DNA of 63,392 nucleotides, filler included, from Conidiobolus incongruus B7586 (GCA_000697335.1; 19 parts of 19 records of this genome joined end to end with filler, not necessarily neighbours in it), one strand, 5' to 3'. Counted from the first letter of the whole stretch, positions 38,630-53,830 are shown. Numbers and translations: made by a program. The notes: generated by a model from the letters alone, not told the origin.

Positions 38630-41600
38630 TGCTAGTGATTGGCTTGTTGTAATAGTTTCGCGGTTTGAGAGTCGAGACACGTTGAAAGGTATTGCGTAGT
38701 TAAAATCTGAAAAGACTAATTGGAAATGATGGATATGGCGTTTATTTATACAATTTTTTCATTTCAATTGCATGGATAAACTTTCTATCTGTAATACCCC
38801 TTATTCCCAAACCATGATAATGTGATTGGACCACATATAAAATCAAAATTTAAGGACATCTCCCCTTCGGGGGAAATATCCAATCCTGGGGGGTTTCATG
38901 ATATTTTATTACAATCCTCTTAGATCCAGGTTATTTAGATCAGGCTTGATCAATATAAGATACAAAACACATTTAGGATATTTTAATCAAAAAATACAAG
39001 CATGATTACTAAATACAAAAAACGGAAAACAGGTCCTCAGTTTTATATTATAACAATTAATCAAAAAATAAATCTTATACAATTTTAAGTATCGTTAATC
39101 AAATTATAAATACTTATTTCAGTTTATTCAAAGATGCCATGTATTTTAGTCTCAAATTTACCTGGTCACCATTGGTATCCTTTCACATTGTGTCATTCTT
39201 CAATTGTTGAGTAATTATACTAAGAAAACCAAGTTTATAAGTTAGACGATATTAAACTCTACCAAAAAAATGATTTTATCTTTTCAATGAATATGTTAAT
39301 ATTCAGTTATAATTCTTTACAAACGCCAGACATTCAAATAATTCACCCATAATTTTAACTGCCATTCAAAAAAATAGAATCTTTTATATTTTATATATGC
39401 TGATTAATACATTCAATTACCTTCATGTCAATTTCTATTATTATGAGTATATTAATTTATTTGGGGGAAATATTACTTTATATTAATATTTAATGAAATA
39501 TGAAAATTTGCTATTAAATTCAAACCTTGAATAAATTAATCTAATATATAAAATAACCCTCCAAATTATATTGAAATTAATTTATATATTTTAAAGTAGC
39601 CAAACGAAAAATAAAGAAGATTCCAGTGATTATAAGAATACAATAAGCTACAATTCACAAGAAATTCATCAAAATATATTAGAATTTATCCTTTAAGCTT
39701 TTAATGTTTATCACCTGTCATTCCATTTTCAATACACGGACTAAACTTGTATTCAAATCAAATGCCATAAGCATAACTAATCAATTTAAATCTTGTATAA
39801 TCCCTTTAAATCAAATTAAATCCTTATATTACAAAAAATAAATTTATTAATGAATTATTACCCAATCAGTTCAGATTAACATGATATCCTTTGAATCAAA
39901 TAAATTGAAATTTAATAGTGAAAAAAAATTATATTAATTTTAAACTGAATTTATTCAAGTTTTATAATACCTAATTTGGGTGAAAGAAATCTTGAATACT
40001 AAATTAGGTAATAAGACTATCATATCCACTTTGCAGATGATAACAACAAGATTTCAAGATAGATTAAAGTGATTAATATAACTTTCAATTCTAAAAACAT
40101 CAAATTCCCAAGTTATGGTTATATTAGTGACTGTAACTATTATAATATTCTAAGTTGATATAAATATACTAGACTTTATTATTAGAATATAATGATGATA
40201 AGATACTTTTTAATTTACATCAAATTGATAACTTTAAAATTTAATATAAATTTGGAGTATCAACTAAATTAATATTAATTTTAAAGTTTCGAATTAACAA
40301 TGTGATTAATTTCATATAAATCCTTCAAAATATTTGTATAATGAAATAATTAATAAAATATTTCCAACTAATATATATTCTACAACTAAATCACTTAAAA
40401 ATCAACATCTCCTTTTAAGCTAAACAAAAATAAATGCAAATAACACGAATTTCGTTGCTATTTTTAAATTAAATATAAATCCCCTTGATCAAATATATCT
40501 GATTTTGATAATTAGAAATATATTAATTTATAATATTTAATCACTGTTTATTGATTGAATAAAAACATTTTAACCATTTAATTAAATTATATTGGCTAAA
40601 TAATTTTAAGAGCCGAATCAAAAATAACCAAGAAATCAATATAAAATAGAAAAATAGAAAGGGATATTATATTTAATCGTTTTTATTTTGTAACAGATTT
40701 CAGTATATTAATATATTGAAATGAGTTTAATAACCGAATTAATCACTCAACAAATTTTACAAACAATTTAATTTTAAAAAAATAATATATTAATCAAGAT
40801 TTTACTTAAATCAATGAAATTCCTAAATTGAGTATGATGATTTTTTCAATTACTACACTAAGTGTAATTATGTTACATTCATTTTTCTTGTTAAAATTTT
40901 ATATTGATTATTGTAATGATTGGTCAATAATATCTCTTTTTTTCTCATAAATTATGATTTCACAAATTGCTTGGCTATTTAAAATGGTATAATATAAAAT
41001 TATAAAAATGGTTAAAATTTTATTTTTAACAAATTATTATTATTTTTGATTTTTTAAAATTGAAAAATATAGATTTATAAATTTTCTCAGGATTGAATAA
41101 TTAAAAGAAAAATAAAATATATAACACAATACATCAATTATTGAAGTATTAATTATAATACTTTAGTCATAAGTCAAATTATAAACTATTTCTATTCCAA
41201 ATATTATCAAAATTACCAATATCAAATCTATCAATATTTCTTTGGAATTATTTTCAAGCTTTTACTATATCCGTATATATATATATATATATTCAACAGA
41301 TAAAAAAATCAAAAACTAAAATTTTGACAAAATATTACAATATATATTATGAAATAATTTGTGATAAATATCTAACACTTATTATTCGTTTTGAATCTTT
41401 TAAATCTATTTTTAACTTTTTTAGACTATTTTAAAATAGAAGTCACTTTTTATTTAGAATATATAAAATTAAATTAAATATTAATATAAAGAATAAGAAG
41501 TTAATTTTTATTAAAATTTTTATTATATATTTGAAACTAAGCTTTATTTCAATATCAATATTAGAATATTTTTAAATCATCTAAATATATTAATGAATAA

Positions 41601-41884
41601 ATATTTTACTAAATAATATTTTTATATATTTACTCAAAATTAAATATATATTTTAACTTATCCTTTATTAAAATTATTATAATGAATATAATTTAGATTT
41701 TATAATAAAATATAACGATATCTAAATAAATAAAAGTATATTGAATTTTATTTTAATAAGAAATATTAATAAAATATATATTTTNNNNNNNNNNNNNNNN
41801 NNNNNNNNNNNNNNNNNNNNNNNNNNNNTTAATTAATTAANNNNNNNNNNNNNNNNNNNNNNNNNNNNNNNNNNNNNNNNNNNN

Positions 41885-43024
41885 ATATATATATATATAT
41901 AATAGTTTTTTTGATTAAAAAATTAATTTTTTAAAACTAATAGTTTAATTATGTTTAAACTAAATAATAATCATCAAAAGTTTTTATTTTAAAATTAGTA
42001 AAACTTAACCATAAGCCTTTTAAAATTATTTAAAATCTATAAATAACCTTTAATAATAAAATATTATCTAAATTAACAATTAATCACTAGATAAATTATT
42101 TTAAAGCTAAGAAAAAAATTAGCCTAAACTAATTACAATCTAAAAGATTAATATTAACTATTATTCTTTTAATTATTAATAGAGTGAAAAAATATATTTA
42201 AAAGCACCTTTTTATTAGAGTAAAAGAGTTATCTAAGTACTTTAATATTACTTTTATAAGTATTTTATATATATTAAACCTTAAACTCAAATTAATATAT
42301 AAAAATATAAAATAAGTATCTTATAGTTTAATTAAAACTTAAAAATAAAGTTAAAGTAGTTATTATTAAATAAAGCTTATTATAATATTACTAAAAGCCT
42401 AAACTTTTACAATAAATAATTATAATTGATGAATCTTAAATTTTATGTATAATCCTTTATTAAAACATAAATCAAGATGTTAAATTAAGCCAAATCAACC
42501 CCCTTTATAAATTCCTTTAAAAAAACATTTTATTAATAAATAAATAATAATTACTATAATGAATTATAATAATATATATTATTTTTATTTAGTTTTTAAA
42601 GGAAAATCAACTAATAGTAAATTTTATATTACTTTTTTAAATATAATTATTTTTAATTAGTGGTCTTAATATAATTTCAAAAAACTTATTATTTTGCATA
42701 ATAATTATAAAATATATAAATCTAAAGTTATAAAAAACTATTCAATTAAAAATAACTGGAAAGAATTACTATATCTAGTAAACTCTTTAGATTATAACTT
42801 ATATAATTATAATTGCTTTAGGTAATTAAAAAACTAGCTTATAAAAAAGAAAACTTTTATAAAAAAATTTAATTGGTTTATAAAATATAAAATTTTAGTC
42901 TTTAATAAAAAGAACTATTTGTTAAGAGTTAAATCTTGATTAAAAATATAACAAACAGTAATTAAATATCAAAAGATACTATTAAATTTTATTATATATT
43001 TATTTTTATATATAATATATTAAA
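41885..43024 (+). mobile_element. mariner (DD34D) family B copy 2, near full length, hypermutated
   Basis: ATG at about 41951 (atg ttt aaa cta aat aat aat cat caa). Catalytic region ttg cat aat aat ... tgg aaa gaa tta cta tat cta gta aac tct tta gat tat aac tta tat aat tat aat tgc reconstructs to LHDN...WEELPHPxYSPDYNPCDYDC, with 34 codons between D2 and D3. Confidence 0.85.
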
Positions 43025-43124
43025 NNNNNNNNNNNNNNNNNNNNNNNNNNNNNNNNNNNNNNNNNNNNTTAATTAATTAANNNNNNNNNNNNNNNNNNNN
43101 NNNNNNNNNNNNNNNNNNNNNNNN

Positions 43125-43490
43125 ATTAAAATAAAATTAATTAAAATAAGGTTATTTAATTTAATAAAACAAAAATATAGTTAAATACACTTTATAAAAA
43201 TGCTAGATATTTTCAAAAACTTATAAAACTATTAGATAATTATTATATTAATTTTACCTAAATATATAATAAATTAAATCATTTTTTAAGAATATATATT
43301 TTTTTCAAATATAAGGTATTTTTATTTAATAAATAAAGAGATTAATATTAAGTTATATTAGATTACTTTAAACAATAAATTAAAAAAACTACTGAATAAT
43401 ATAAATTATACAAATCTAACATTATTTTTTAATAAAATGTTATTTTTTATAAAATTATAACTTATATTATTAAATATTACTTTATAATCT
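43125..43490 (+). mobile_element. Tc1-like family A copy 3 (internal fragment)
   Basis: aaaataaggttatttaatttaataaaacaaaaata matches the W.KVIWSDETKI region of copies 1 and 2, and continues to the FQQDN region, where mariner copy B3 begins. Confidence 0.75.
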
Positions 43491-43492
43491 AA

Positions 43493-44660
43493 ATAATGGG
43501 AATTTTTTGTGATTAAAGAAAAATAAACAAATTAATATATAAAAAATAAAAATAAATATATAGTATAATATTAATAAATTCTTTTAATTCCAATAACTTT
43601 TTACCATATTTTTAACAAAGATCTATCACCTAAAAAATAGTTTTTTTTAAAGTTTAAAATTTAATATTTTTAAAAATAATTAAATTTTCTTATAGAAATT
43701 TTCTTTCCTATAACTTAGTTTATTAATTACCTAAAACAATTATAATTACATGGGTTATAATCTAAAAAATATACTAGATATAGTAGTTTTTTCCATTTAT
43801 TTTTCATTAGAAAGTTTTTTACAACTTTAGATTTATATATTTTGCTATTATTATGTAAAATAATAGGTTTTGTTAAAATATATTAAGAAACCCAATTAGA
43901 AATAATTTTATTTAAAAAAATATAAAATTTAATATTATTTAATTTTCCTTTATAAATTGAATAAAAACAGCATATACTATTATAATCTATTACAACAATT
44001 AATATTCATTTATCAATAAAATGCTTATTTAAAAAAACTTATAAACAGGGTTGATTTAACTTAATTCAACACTTTGATTTATGTTTTAACAAAGGATTAG
44101 ATAGAAGAATTTAAGATTCATCAATTGTAATAATTTATTATAAAAGCTTTATTTTCAAGCTATACCTTAGTAAGTTTAATTTAACAATAGCTATTTTAGT
44201 TTTTTTTAAGCTTTAGTTAAATTATAAGATATTTATTTTATAATTTTATTAATTAATTTTAAACTAATTTTAATTTATATAAAATACAAATATTATTAAT
44301 ATTAAAATATCTTGATAATTCTCTAGCTGAAATAAAGAGGTTTTTTTAATATAATTTTTCACTTTATTAATAATTAAAAAAATAATAATTGAAATTAGTC
44401 TTTTAAATTTTTATAGGTTTTAGGTAGTTTTTTTCTTAGCCTTAAAGTAATTTACTTAATGATAAATTATTAATTTAGATAATGCTTTATTATTAAAAGT
44501 TGATTATAGACTTTAAATGATTTTAGAGGGTTTGTGGTTAAATTTTATTTATATTAAAATAAAAAACTTTTCATGGTTATTATTTAATTTAAATATTATT
44601 AAATTATACAACTAATTTTAAATAGTATATTTTTAATCAAAAGAATTATTATATATATAT
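43493..44660 (-). mobile_element. mariner family B copy 3, full length, hypermutated
   Basis: Reverse complement is collinear with B2, B4, B5 and B6 (aac cac aaa ccc tct aaa; att gat gaa tct taa atc = IDESWI; aac cca tgt aat tat aat tgt = NPCDYDC). (TA)n at the 5' end. Confidence 0.85.
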
Positions 44661-44806
44661 ATTAGCTTGCAAAAGTAAGTTTTAAATTTAAATTACTTAT
44701 ATATTTATTTATATCTTGAATAATTCTTAATTAGATAAATTTAAATTAAAATATATAATTTATCTATATTAATTAATTATAATTAACTATATTTGGTTAT
44801 ATTTCA
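44660..44806. mobile_element. Terminal fragment of a mariner family C-like element
   Basis: TATTAGCTTGCAAAAGTAAGTTTTAAATTTAAATT resembles the reverse complement of the 24950-24988 terminus (TATTGAGTACTTCAAAAGTAAGCTCATCAATTTTAAATTT). Runs into a gap. Confidence 0.5.
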
Positions 44807-44949
44807 NNNNNNNNNNNNNNNNNNNNNNNNNNNNNNNNNNNNNNNNNNNNTTAATTAATTAANNNNNNNNNNNNNNNNNNNNNNNNNNNNNNNNNNNNNN
44901 NNNNNNATATAAAGTTAAGTTAGATTTATAAATATTAATATATAAATTA

Positions 44950-46135
44950 AATAATGGTATAATTTTAAAATTGAAATTAAATAAATAAATTAATAAATAA
45001 TATAAAAAAATTAATGAATAATATAAAATTAATAGCCTCCTTTATTATTAATAACCTTCTTCTATACCTTTAGTAAGCTTCTAATATCTAAAAACTATTT
45101 TTTTTATTAAAGACTGAATTTAATATTTCATGAACCAATTTAATTTGTTTATAGGAATTTTTTTTCCTGCAAGCTGTTTTTTTAATTTTCTAAAAAAATT
45201 ATAATCATATGGGTTAAAATCAGGTGAATATATTGGATATGGTAACTCCCTCTAATTTTTTTTATATAAAAAATCTTTTATAGCTTTAGCTTTATATGTT
45301 TTGTAATTATTATATAAAATAATAGGTGTTTTTAATTTTTATTAAAAACACCATTTAGAAATTATTTTATTTAAAAAAAATAATATATAACATACTATTA
45401 ATTTATTTTTCTAAAGGTATTAAATAAAAAGACTATATACTATTATAATCTATTACAATAATTAACATTCACTTATATTTAAAATACTTATTCATTGGAA
45501 TTTATAGAGGGGATTAATTTAGTTTAACCTAACAACTTGTTTTATTTTTAAGCAAAGGATTATATAAAAGAACCTAAGATTTATTAATTATAAGTATTTG
45601 TTATAAAAACCTTTGTTTTTGGCTATACCTTAGTAAATTTAATTTAGCTATAGTTACTTTAGTTTTTTTTGGTTTTTGTTAAATTTTAAGATATCTATTT
45701 TGTATTTTTATTAATTAATCTAAGTTTAAACTTAAGAAAATATAACATGCTTATATAATTAATATTAAATTACTTTGATAGTTTTTTAACAAAAATAAAA
45801 GGGTATTTCTTAATATATTTTTTTATTCTATTGGTAAATAAATAATAATAATAGAAATTAGTCTTCTAAATTTTGGTAAATTTTGAATAATATCCCTTCT
45901 AGCTTTAAAATCACAGATCCAGCAATATATGGTAGTTTTAGATAAAGCATTATCTCCATAAGCTATTTATAAGTTTTGGATGATTTTAGAGGGTTTATGA
46001 TTAAATTTTAAAGATACAAAAATAAAAGCCTTTTGATAATCATAATCTGGTTTAAATATGATTATATTTAAATATAAATTTTAAAATCAAAATATTTTAA
46101 TAAAAAAAATAAATAAAATTGAATATATATATATA
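44950..46135 (-). mobile_element. mariner family B copy 4, full length, most readable copy
   Basis: From 46059 (ATG>ATA) it translates directly as FKPDYDYQKAFIFVSLKFNHKPSKIIQNL*IAYGDNALSKTTIYCWICDFKARR (mariner HTH region). Near 45250-45170 it reads ELPYPIYSPDFNPYDYNFFRKLKKQLAGKK. Confidence 0.9.
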
Positions 46136-46235
46136 ATTTGAAAATATTTATTTTCCTATATATTTTATATATATATATAATTTGAAAATATTTATTTTCC
46201 TATATATTTTATATATATATATAATTTGAAAATAT
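46123..46235 (+). repeat. 44-bp tandem repeat, about 2.5 units
   Basis: Unit atatatatatataatttgaaaatatttattttcctatatatttt; tttg ends at 46140, 46184 and 46228. Runs into a gap. Confidence 0.85.
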
Positions 46236-47717
46236 NNNNNNNNNNNNNNNNNNNNNNNNNNNNNNNNNNNNNNNNNNNNTTAATTAATTAANNNNNNNNN
46301 NNNNNNNNNNNNNNNNNNNNNNNNNNNNNNNNNNNAAAAAAATATTTTAAATTAAATAAATTTTATTTTTAAAATTAAATAAGAATGTAAGTATATTATT
46401 AATTATTATCTAATTGATACTTTCATTTTATTTCAATTTATTATTAAAGACTTAATTATTTAAATTAAGCTTTATTAACATCTAAAGATTTATATTTAAG
46501 TAACTTTATTATTATTTAATTAGATATATTTATGCTTATATATTTTTCTTTTTCTCTAATATTTAAAAAGATATAAATAAATTTTTTTTACTTAACTATT
46601 AATATTTTTAATTATTATTATTTAATATTTTAATATTTTAAGATTTAACTATTAAATATTTTTTAAAATATTAAAAGATTTATTTCTTTTACCTTTAACT
46701 ATTATTATTTACTTATATAATAACAATAATTAAAAGATTTAAAAGTACTTTTATTATTATAATTGAAGATTTTATAAATATAACCTATTATTATATATAT
46801 AACTAAAATATAATAAATATTTAAAGTTCTAGTAACAATAATTATTATTTTATTAATTAATAGGATTTTATTAATATTAATGGTATTTTTACTAAATATA
46901 AACTAAAACTAAAGTAAATTTAATAGATCAATTATATATAATAAAAAATAACTATAGTAAATAATTATAGAGTTTTATGATTAATTTTAAGAAATTTTAA
47001 CAAGGTTGAATTTTTTATAAATAACCTAACTACTTTTAATAGCTTAAAATCTTTTAAAATTCTAAAAGAATTTTTAAACAAATTAATTATATTCTTTAAA
47101 GAAATCAAAACTTTATATTTAAATAATTTAATAAAAATTTTAACTTTTAAATTAACTTCTCATATTAATTCTTAATAATGTAAATATTTAAAAAACACTC
47201 TTAATCTTAATAATATTTATTTGATCTTAATAAAATCTAAATATTTAACAAATTCAAATAAATAACTAAGTAAAGGTTTTATATATTAAATATAATTACT
47301 ATAAATTAAAACAAACTAATGATAATTATTTAAAAATTTTTAGTTATAAATTTTATAAAAGAATTTGCTTATCTTAAATTAATAATTCTTAACTTATTCA
47401 AAAATAAAAAAAGATAGGTTTAAGAAAAAACTCTAGCTTAATATTTTTTAATTGTTTATTTTAAGATTAATTTGAAAATAGTTAGTTTTGCTATTTTAAT
47501 TAAAATAACCATTAAGGTAAAAAATGATTAAAATTATATTAATAAAATAAATAAGAGTTTTTATATATAATCTAATAATTTTATATTTAAATTGTTTAAT
47601 CTTAAAATTATCTATATNNNNNNNNNNNNNNNNNNNNNNNNNNNNNNNNNNNNNNNNNNNNTTAATTAATTAANNNNNNNNNNNNNNNNNNNNNNNNNNN
47701 NNNNNNNNNNNNNNNNN

Positions 47718-48900
47718 TAAAAATATAAATAATAATCTTATGATAAATAATTTAAATTTATCTCAATATACTTGATAATATAATCAAATCAACTTTTTAG
47801 TTTGATAAAATGAATACTATAATTTAATTCAATATAATATATGTATTTAAAAATTATTCTTAAGAATATCGTAAATTTAAATATATTAAATTTTTTAATA
47901 CATATGATAAAAATTATAATTAATTAATTAATATAGGTAAGTGTATTATAATGATAAGGGTATAAATAGTAATATAAATCTAAATAATAATATCAATTAG
48001 TATTGATATTAATATATACCTCAAAATGGAATAAATACCTTTTATAATTTAAGCAAACACTCTGCTAATAAAAATAATTAAATTTTAAAATTTAATTAGG
48101 GTTTAGATGTCATTATTAATTTAAAACCAAAACTAATTAAAGTGATATTATTTAATCCAAATAAATAAGGTTATATCATAAAATATTAAAAAAAATATTT
48201 CAAATTTGTTATAGAAATAATTTATACCATTATATTATTAAACATAAAAATATTATAATATGTTGAATATAGTTAAAAAATATAAGTTATTTTTGAATAT
48301 TGCATATTCTTATCAAGTTAATAATAAAATTAAATCAAAAATATACTAAGAAATTTTAAAGTATAAAAAGATTTTCAAGTGATATATATTTGAAATAAAT
48401 AAAAAATTTTTTAAAATAATATCTTTGAATATACACTATTTTTTACTTTTAAATAGCTTAAAAATAACCAAATAACTATTAAAAATAATATCCTGATTTT
48501 TTTAAACTAAACTTAATCAAATATCCTGAATATTTATTGAAATAATTAATCAATGCTTTCCCTCAAAAAATATTTAAATTAACTTAAATTATATTTTTAA
48601 AAAGCACAGATTGATATTTTATTTATATAATATAAAAAGATCATTGATTTTATTCTTTATATACTAAATTAGGTTAAAAAACTATTGGTGTATAAATTAA
48701 ATAATAATATAACTTTTAATATTACAAACTTTAAATTTATTACCTATATCTTATGTAATTTTAATTTCAAAATTAATATTAATATAATTTGATAAATTAA
48801 TCAAATTTTAATTTCTTTAATATAATATAAATAAAAAATAAATATAAAATATATAGTTTAATATAATCTCATTTGGATAAAAAAAATTGAGATTATAATA
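47718..48900 (+). mobile_element. Tc1-like family A copy 4 (more diverged, with indels)
   Basis: Shares with copy 1 the segments ata ggt aag tgt (GKC), aaatagcttaaaaataaccaaataactatt, aatgctttccc and aggttaaaaaa near the stop. Confidence 0.65.
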
Positions 48901-51900
48901 ATAAAATAAATATTTTTAATAAGTTTATAAATTATTATATAGTATAGATNNNNNNNNNNNNNNNNNNNNNNNNNNNNNNNNNNNNNNNNNNNNTTAATTA
49001 ATTAANNNNNNNNNNNNNNNNNNNNNNNNNNNNNNNNNNNNNNNNNNNNAATAAACTTATTCAATTGTTTATATATCAATTAATATTGAATTATAAAATA
49101 ATATTTGAATTAATTTTAATTCTGAATATATATTTGAATTATTAAAATATTTTTTTGGTATATTAATTTTAGTTACCAATCATTTATTTTTTAGTTGATA
49201 TATTTATATTTAAAATGGTCTGTATAATTAAAATATTTAAATTTAAGTTAATCTGATCCATCTGATTTCAATTTTTCTGTAATATAATTATATATTGATA
49301 TTATATATTGTTATTATTATATTATACAAATTAAGAACATATATTACAAATTATTTCCTAATAATTTTTATTCAAAAAGATTCGTTTATTATTATAATAA
49401 CTTAAAGAATAAAGATAAACTTAAATTGTTATTATGATAAATAAGATATAATGAAATATTCTTTATAATAAAGTTTTTTTATAAATATTATTACTTAAAT
49501 TCAATCAATTAGAATTTAAATCATTTACCACAAATATTTAATATTTCAATATCTATTTCAAATTATAAATTTTAATTAAGAGTTTTAATAGAAATTTCTT
49601 TGTTTAATTATTCTTTAGATTAATAAACTAATATATCATTTATTTTTTGTTAATTTATAATTTAATTTTTATCAAGATTTTATCATTATTTCATATTCTT
49701 GATAATAGCCATTTATAAATTATTCATTATCAATGATCAATTAATAAATTGAAATTATAGAGAATATTTTTGAAATAATAATTATAAATTTGATAATTTA
49801 TATTTGAACTAAATTTTTGAATATAAAAACATATAAATATTTAATAAAAATGGAATTATATATTTTTAATTAATTTCTATTTCATATAAAGGAATGAAAA
49901 ATTGTTTTGTGTTTAATAATAAATAAATTTCAATGTTATCAGGATATTCATATTCATTTTTGATAAGTAAAAATTATAAATTAATATTGTGCACTAAATT
50001 TGATTAATTATTGTTTATAAAAATAATTAACTTATATTACTTATTAAAAATTAACCTAATTAAATGAAAAAAAAATATAGCAACTATTATTCACACTTTA
50101 TGGTGTTACGCAAATTAAATCTTTTGAATATTATATTATAATATTAATTATATAATTTTAGGTTATATTGAATATTTTTAAGTTTAATATTGATGATAAT
50201 AATTATAAAATCCACTAATATTTGTATTTTGTATTATTAGCAAAAAATATTATTATAAAAATATAATTGTTAAATATTTTTATCAAATTAACCATGGTAA
50301 TTTACTTACAACATATAATATTTTTTTTAATTGCAATTCAATCATAAATATTTAGAAATTAGAGATTCGAATATGATAAATATAAAGTAATTATATATAT
50401 ATATATATATATTTTTATACTTTCACAGGTGAAAGCTTTAGAATACAATAATATGTGTTGTTTAAATATTATAAAATAAAATATATAATGAATATTTGGC
50501 GTATATTAAGAATATAAAAATCTTAATATATTTGGAAATTGTTATATTAATACATATGAGTGAACAATTTTGATAATTTATTGTTTATATATTAAATTAT
50601 TTTTAAACATTGATTAAATATTATTTAAAAAATTAAAAAATCATCTACAAACATATATCAATTAAGAGTAATAAATTAAATTAAAAATAAATTATTAAAA
50701 CTATAAATATAGTATGTGAGTATTTATTATTATTATTCACCAAAAAATTTTTTAAACAACGCATATTATTTATATATATATTGAAAAACGATTCATATTC
50801 AAAATATTTATTCAAAAGCAATTGACATGTTTATGATAATAATAATTATATTTAATTAAATGATAGTCAATAAAATTTATTTTGACAAAAGAATAAATAT
50901 TTAAATATATAATTCAATTCTAAAAATTTCATAATAATTGGAATTAAAATCAAATAATATATAAAATTATCTAAAAAATATATATCATTATTTATTAATA
51001 GTTGTTTTTTATTCAATAAACTTATATTTCTATATTATAAAATTTGTGAATATAAAATATATTTATTATATATANNNNNNNNNNNNNNNNNNNNNNNNNN
51101 NNNNNNNNNNNNNNNNNNTTAATTAATTAANNNNNNNNNNNNNNNNNNNNNNNNNNNNNNNNNNNNNNNNNNNNTATGATAAAAAATTAAATTTATTATA
51201 TCTTTTTTAATTTTATTTGAATAATATTAATTAATTTTTTATTTTATAATATAATCTTCGAGTTATTATTTAAAATTATTAATATTAAAACTTCAATATT
51301 CAAATGTTTGGAAATAATTTTTAATTATTAATAATAATAATTTATAAAAAAATGGAAAAAAATATTAATCAAAATTTATTATTGAAATTTGAATATATAT
51401 TTTTTTTAATAAATGCAAAAATAATTCAAAATTTATACTAATCAATTTGAATTTCAATTTGGCAATCATATAATTAAAATTATTAAATGCAATAATAGCA
51501 ATTAATTAAACCTATATCAAAAAAATTGGTTAATATTTAAGCATAATTACTCCTATTTTCAAAAATTTTGTGTCTAATAAATTCTTATATTAAAATCAAT
51601 TAAACCAAAAATTACTAAATGAAATATGATTATTTGTTATTAAGTAAAAATTATTATGAAAAAAAATAATTTAAATATTTGATATTATATTTTGATTATT
51701 AAATTAAAAATAATGAAAATTAACAATCAGAATTATTGAATTAATAATATAAAACTTTTAAACTTATTTGTTGAAAATGTGTTATAAAAATATTGTCATA
51801 AATAAATAAATTTGAAATCAAAAATTAAATAGACTTAATTTTTATAAATTTTCTAATTTCAAAATATCTTGGCTATATTTATTATTTATTTATTTCGAAT

Positions 51901-52654
51901 TATTATTTTATACAATTGTTAATTTATATTAATTTGATATAAAATTTATCATCATATAATATATCAATTATCATCAATTCTATAAATTCATTTTCCAACA
52001 AAATATATTATCAGGTGTTTGATTGTCAAGAATTTAAAATTAATAATAAATTAAATATTAATTGATTTTTTAATAGTATCAATAATCCTTACTTTAATAT
52101 CAAATCATATCAATTTTTTTCCAAATTTATTTACAAAATTATTAGCTTAAAATATTTGTAATTATTATATAATTATATATAAATATTTGTTTTCTAAAAA
52201 TCCTAAATAAATAAACCATGGAACTAATATCAAAAGTAATAATAAGCTCAAAATTTCAATTAATTCAATTACATTATATTATTATATTATTTAATCCTTT
52301 TTTAATTTTCACATATTTTTATTAATTAAATATTATTATTATTTTTTNNNNNNNNNNNNNNNNNNNNNNNNNNNNNNNNNNNNNNNNNNNNTTAATTAAT
52401 TAANNNNNNNNNNNNNNNNNNNNNNNNNNNNNNNNNNNNNNNNNNNNTATATTATATATTATAATTATATAAATTTTATCTTTTTTAAATTTACTAATAT
52501 TTGCTAATTTATAATTATTAGGAAATTTAATTATATTATCTTGAATTTGAAATAATATGAAATTTTTTAATATCAAACAATTCAAAAATATTATTTGTTT
52601 TTAATGAACAAAAATATATAAAATAAATACCAAATTATATATTATTAAATTGAT

Positions 52655-53830
52655 TATATATATATATTACTTATTTAATTGAAAAATTAACTTTTTAAAA
52701 TTGATTATTTAATTAAATAATATTCAAACCTAATAATATTTATTTATAGTCTTTTATTTTAAAATTTTTAATACTTAACCAAAAACTATTGAAAATTATT
52801 TAGAATTTACAATTAGCTTTGGATAATAAAGCATTATTTAAATTAACAATTTATTACTAGATAAATTATTTTACAAATAAAAGAGTAACTATCTAAATCT
52901 ACAAAAATCTAAAAAACTAATATTAACTAATTTTTTTTTAAATACTAATTGAGTAAAAAATATAAATTAAAAATAACCTTTTTATTTTAGCTAGTGAATT
53001 ATCTAAATACTTGAATATTTGTCTTATAATCATTTATGATATATTAAAGTTTAAATTTAAATTAATAAAAAAAATATAAAATAGATATTTTATAATTTAA
53101 CTAAAGCTTGGAAAAAAGCTAAAATAGCTATTGCTAAATAGAACTTAATTTAATATTAATAAAAACTAGGTTTTTGCAACAAATAATTAAAATACATGAA
53201 TTTTAGATCTTTTTATATAATCCTTTGACAGAATATAAATCAAAGGGTTGAATTAAGCAAAATGAACCCTCTTTATAAATACCATAAAACAATTATTCTA
53301 TTAATAAGCAAATATTAATTATTGCAATGAATTATAATTATATATATTATTTTTATTAAGATTCTAAAGAAAATCAACTAATATTAAATTTATATTACTT
53401 TTTTAAATATAATGATCTTTAATAAGTATTTTTAATATATTTGAAAAAAACCTATCATTTTGGAAGATAATTATAAATTATATAAATCTAAAACTATAAA
53501 AAAATTTCTGATTAAAAACAATTGGAAAAAATTACCATATTTATTATATTGCTCAAAATATAACCAATATGATTATAGTTGCTTTAGGTAATTAAAAAAC
53601 CAGCTTGCAAGAAAGAAAATTTTTGTAAAAAAATTTAATTAGTTTATAAAATATTATATATTAGTCTTTAATAAAAAGTACAGTTTTTTAGGTGTTAAAG
53701 GTTTATCAAAAATATCATAAAATATTATTAATGATAAAGATAATAATTAATTTATATTATATATTTATTTTTTTATATTATATATCAAAATATTAATTAA
53801 TTTAAAATCAAAAAAAAATATCTTTATGTA
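52655..53830 (+). mobile_element. mariner family B copy 5, full length, hypermutated
   Basis: Collinear with B2 and B6. Retains gat aat (DN), tgg aaa aaa tta cca, and tat gat tat agt tgc ttt agg ... cag ctt gca. The right end aattaatttaaaatcaaaaaaaaata is an imperfect inverted copy of the family's left end. Confidence 0.85.

Noticed and set aside
46336..47617. Contig with hypermutated texture and faint IIIxxDF / IDxLY similarity to a LINE endonuclease
   Set aside because: Too degraded to classify by eye; probably a repeat relic, but unsupported.
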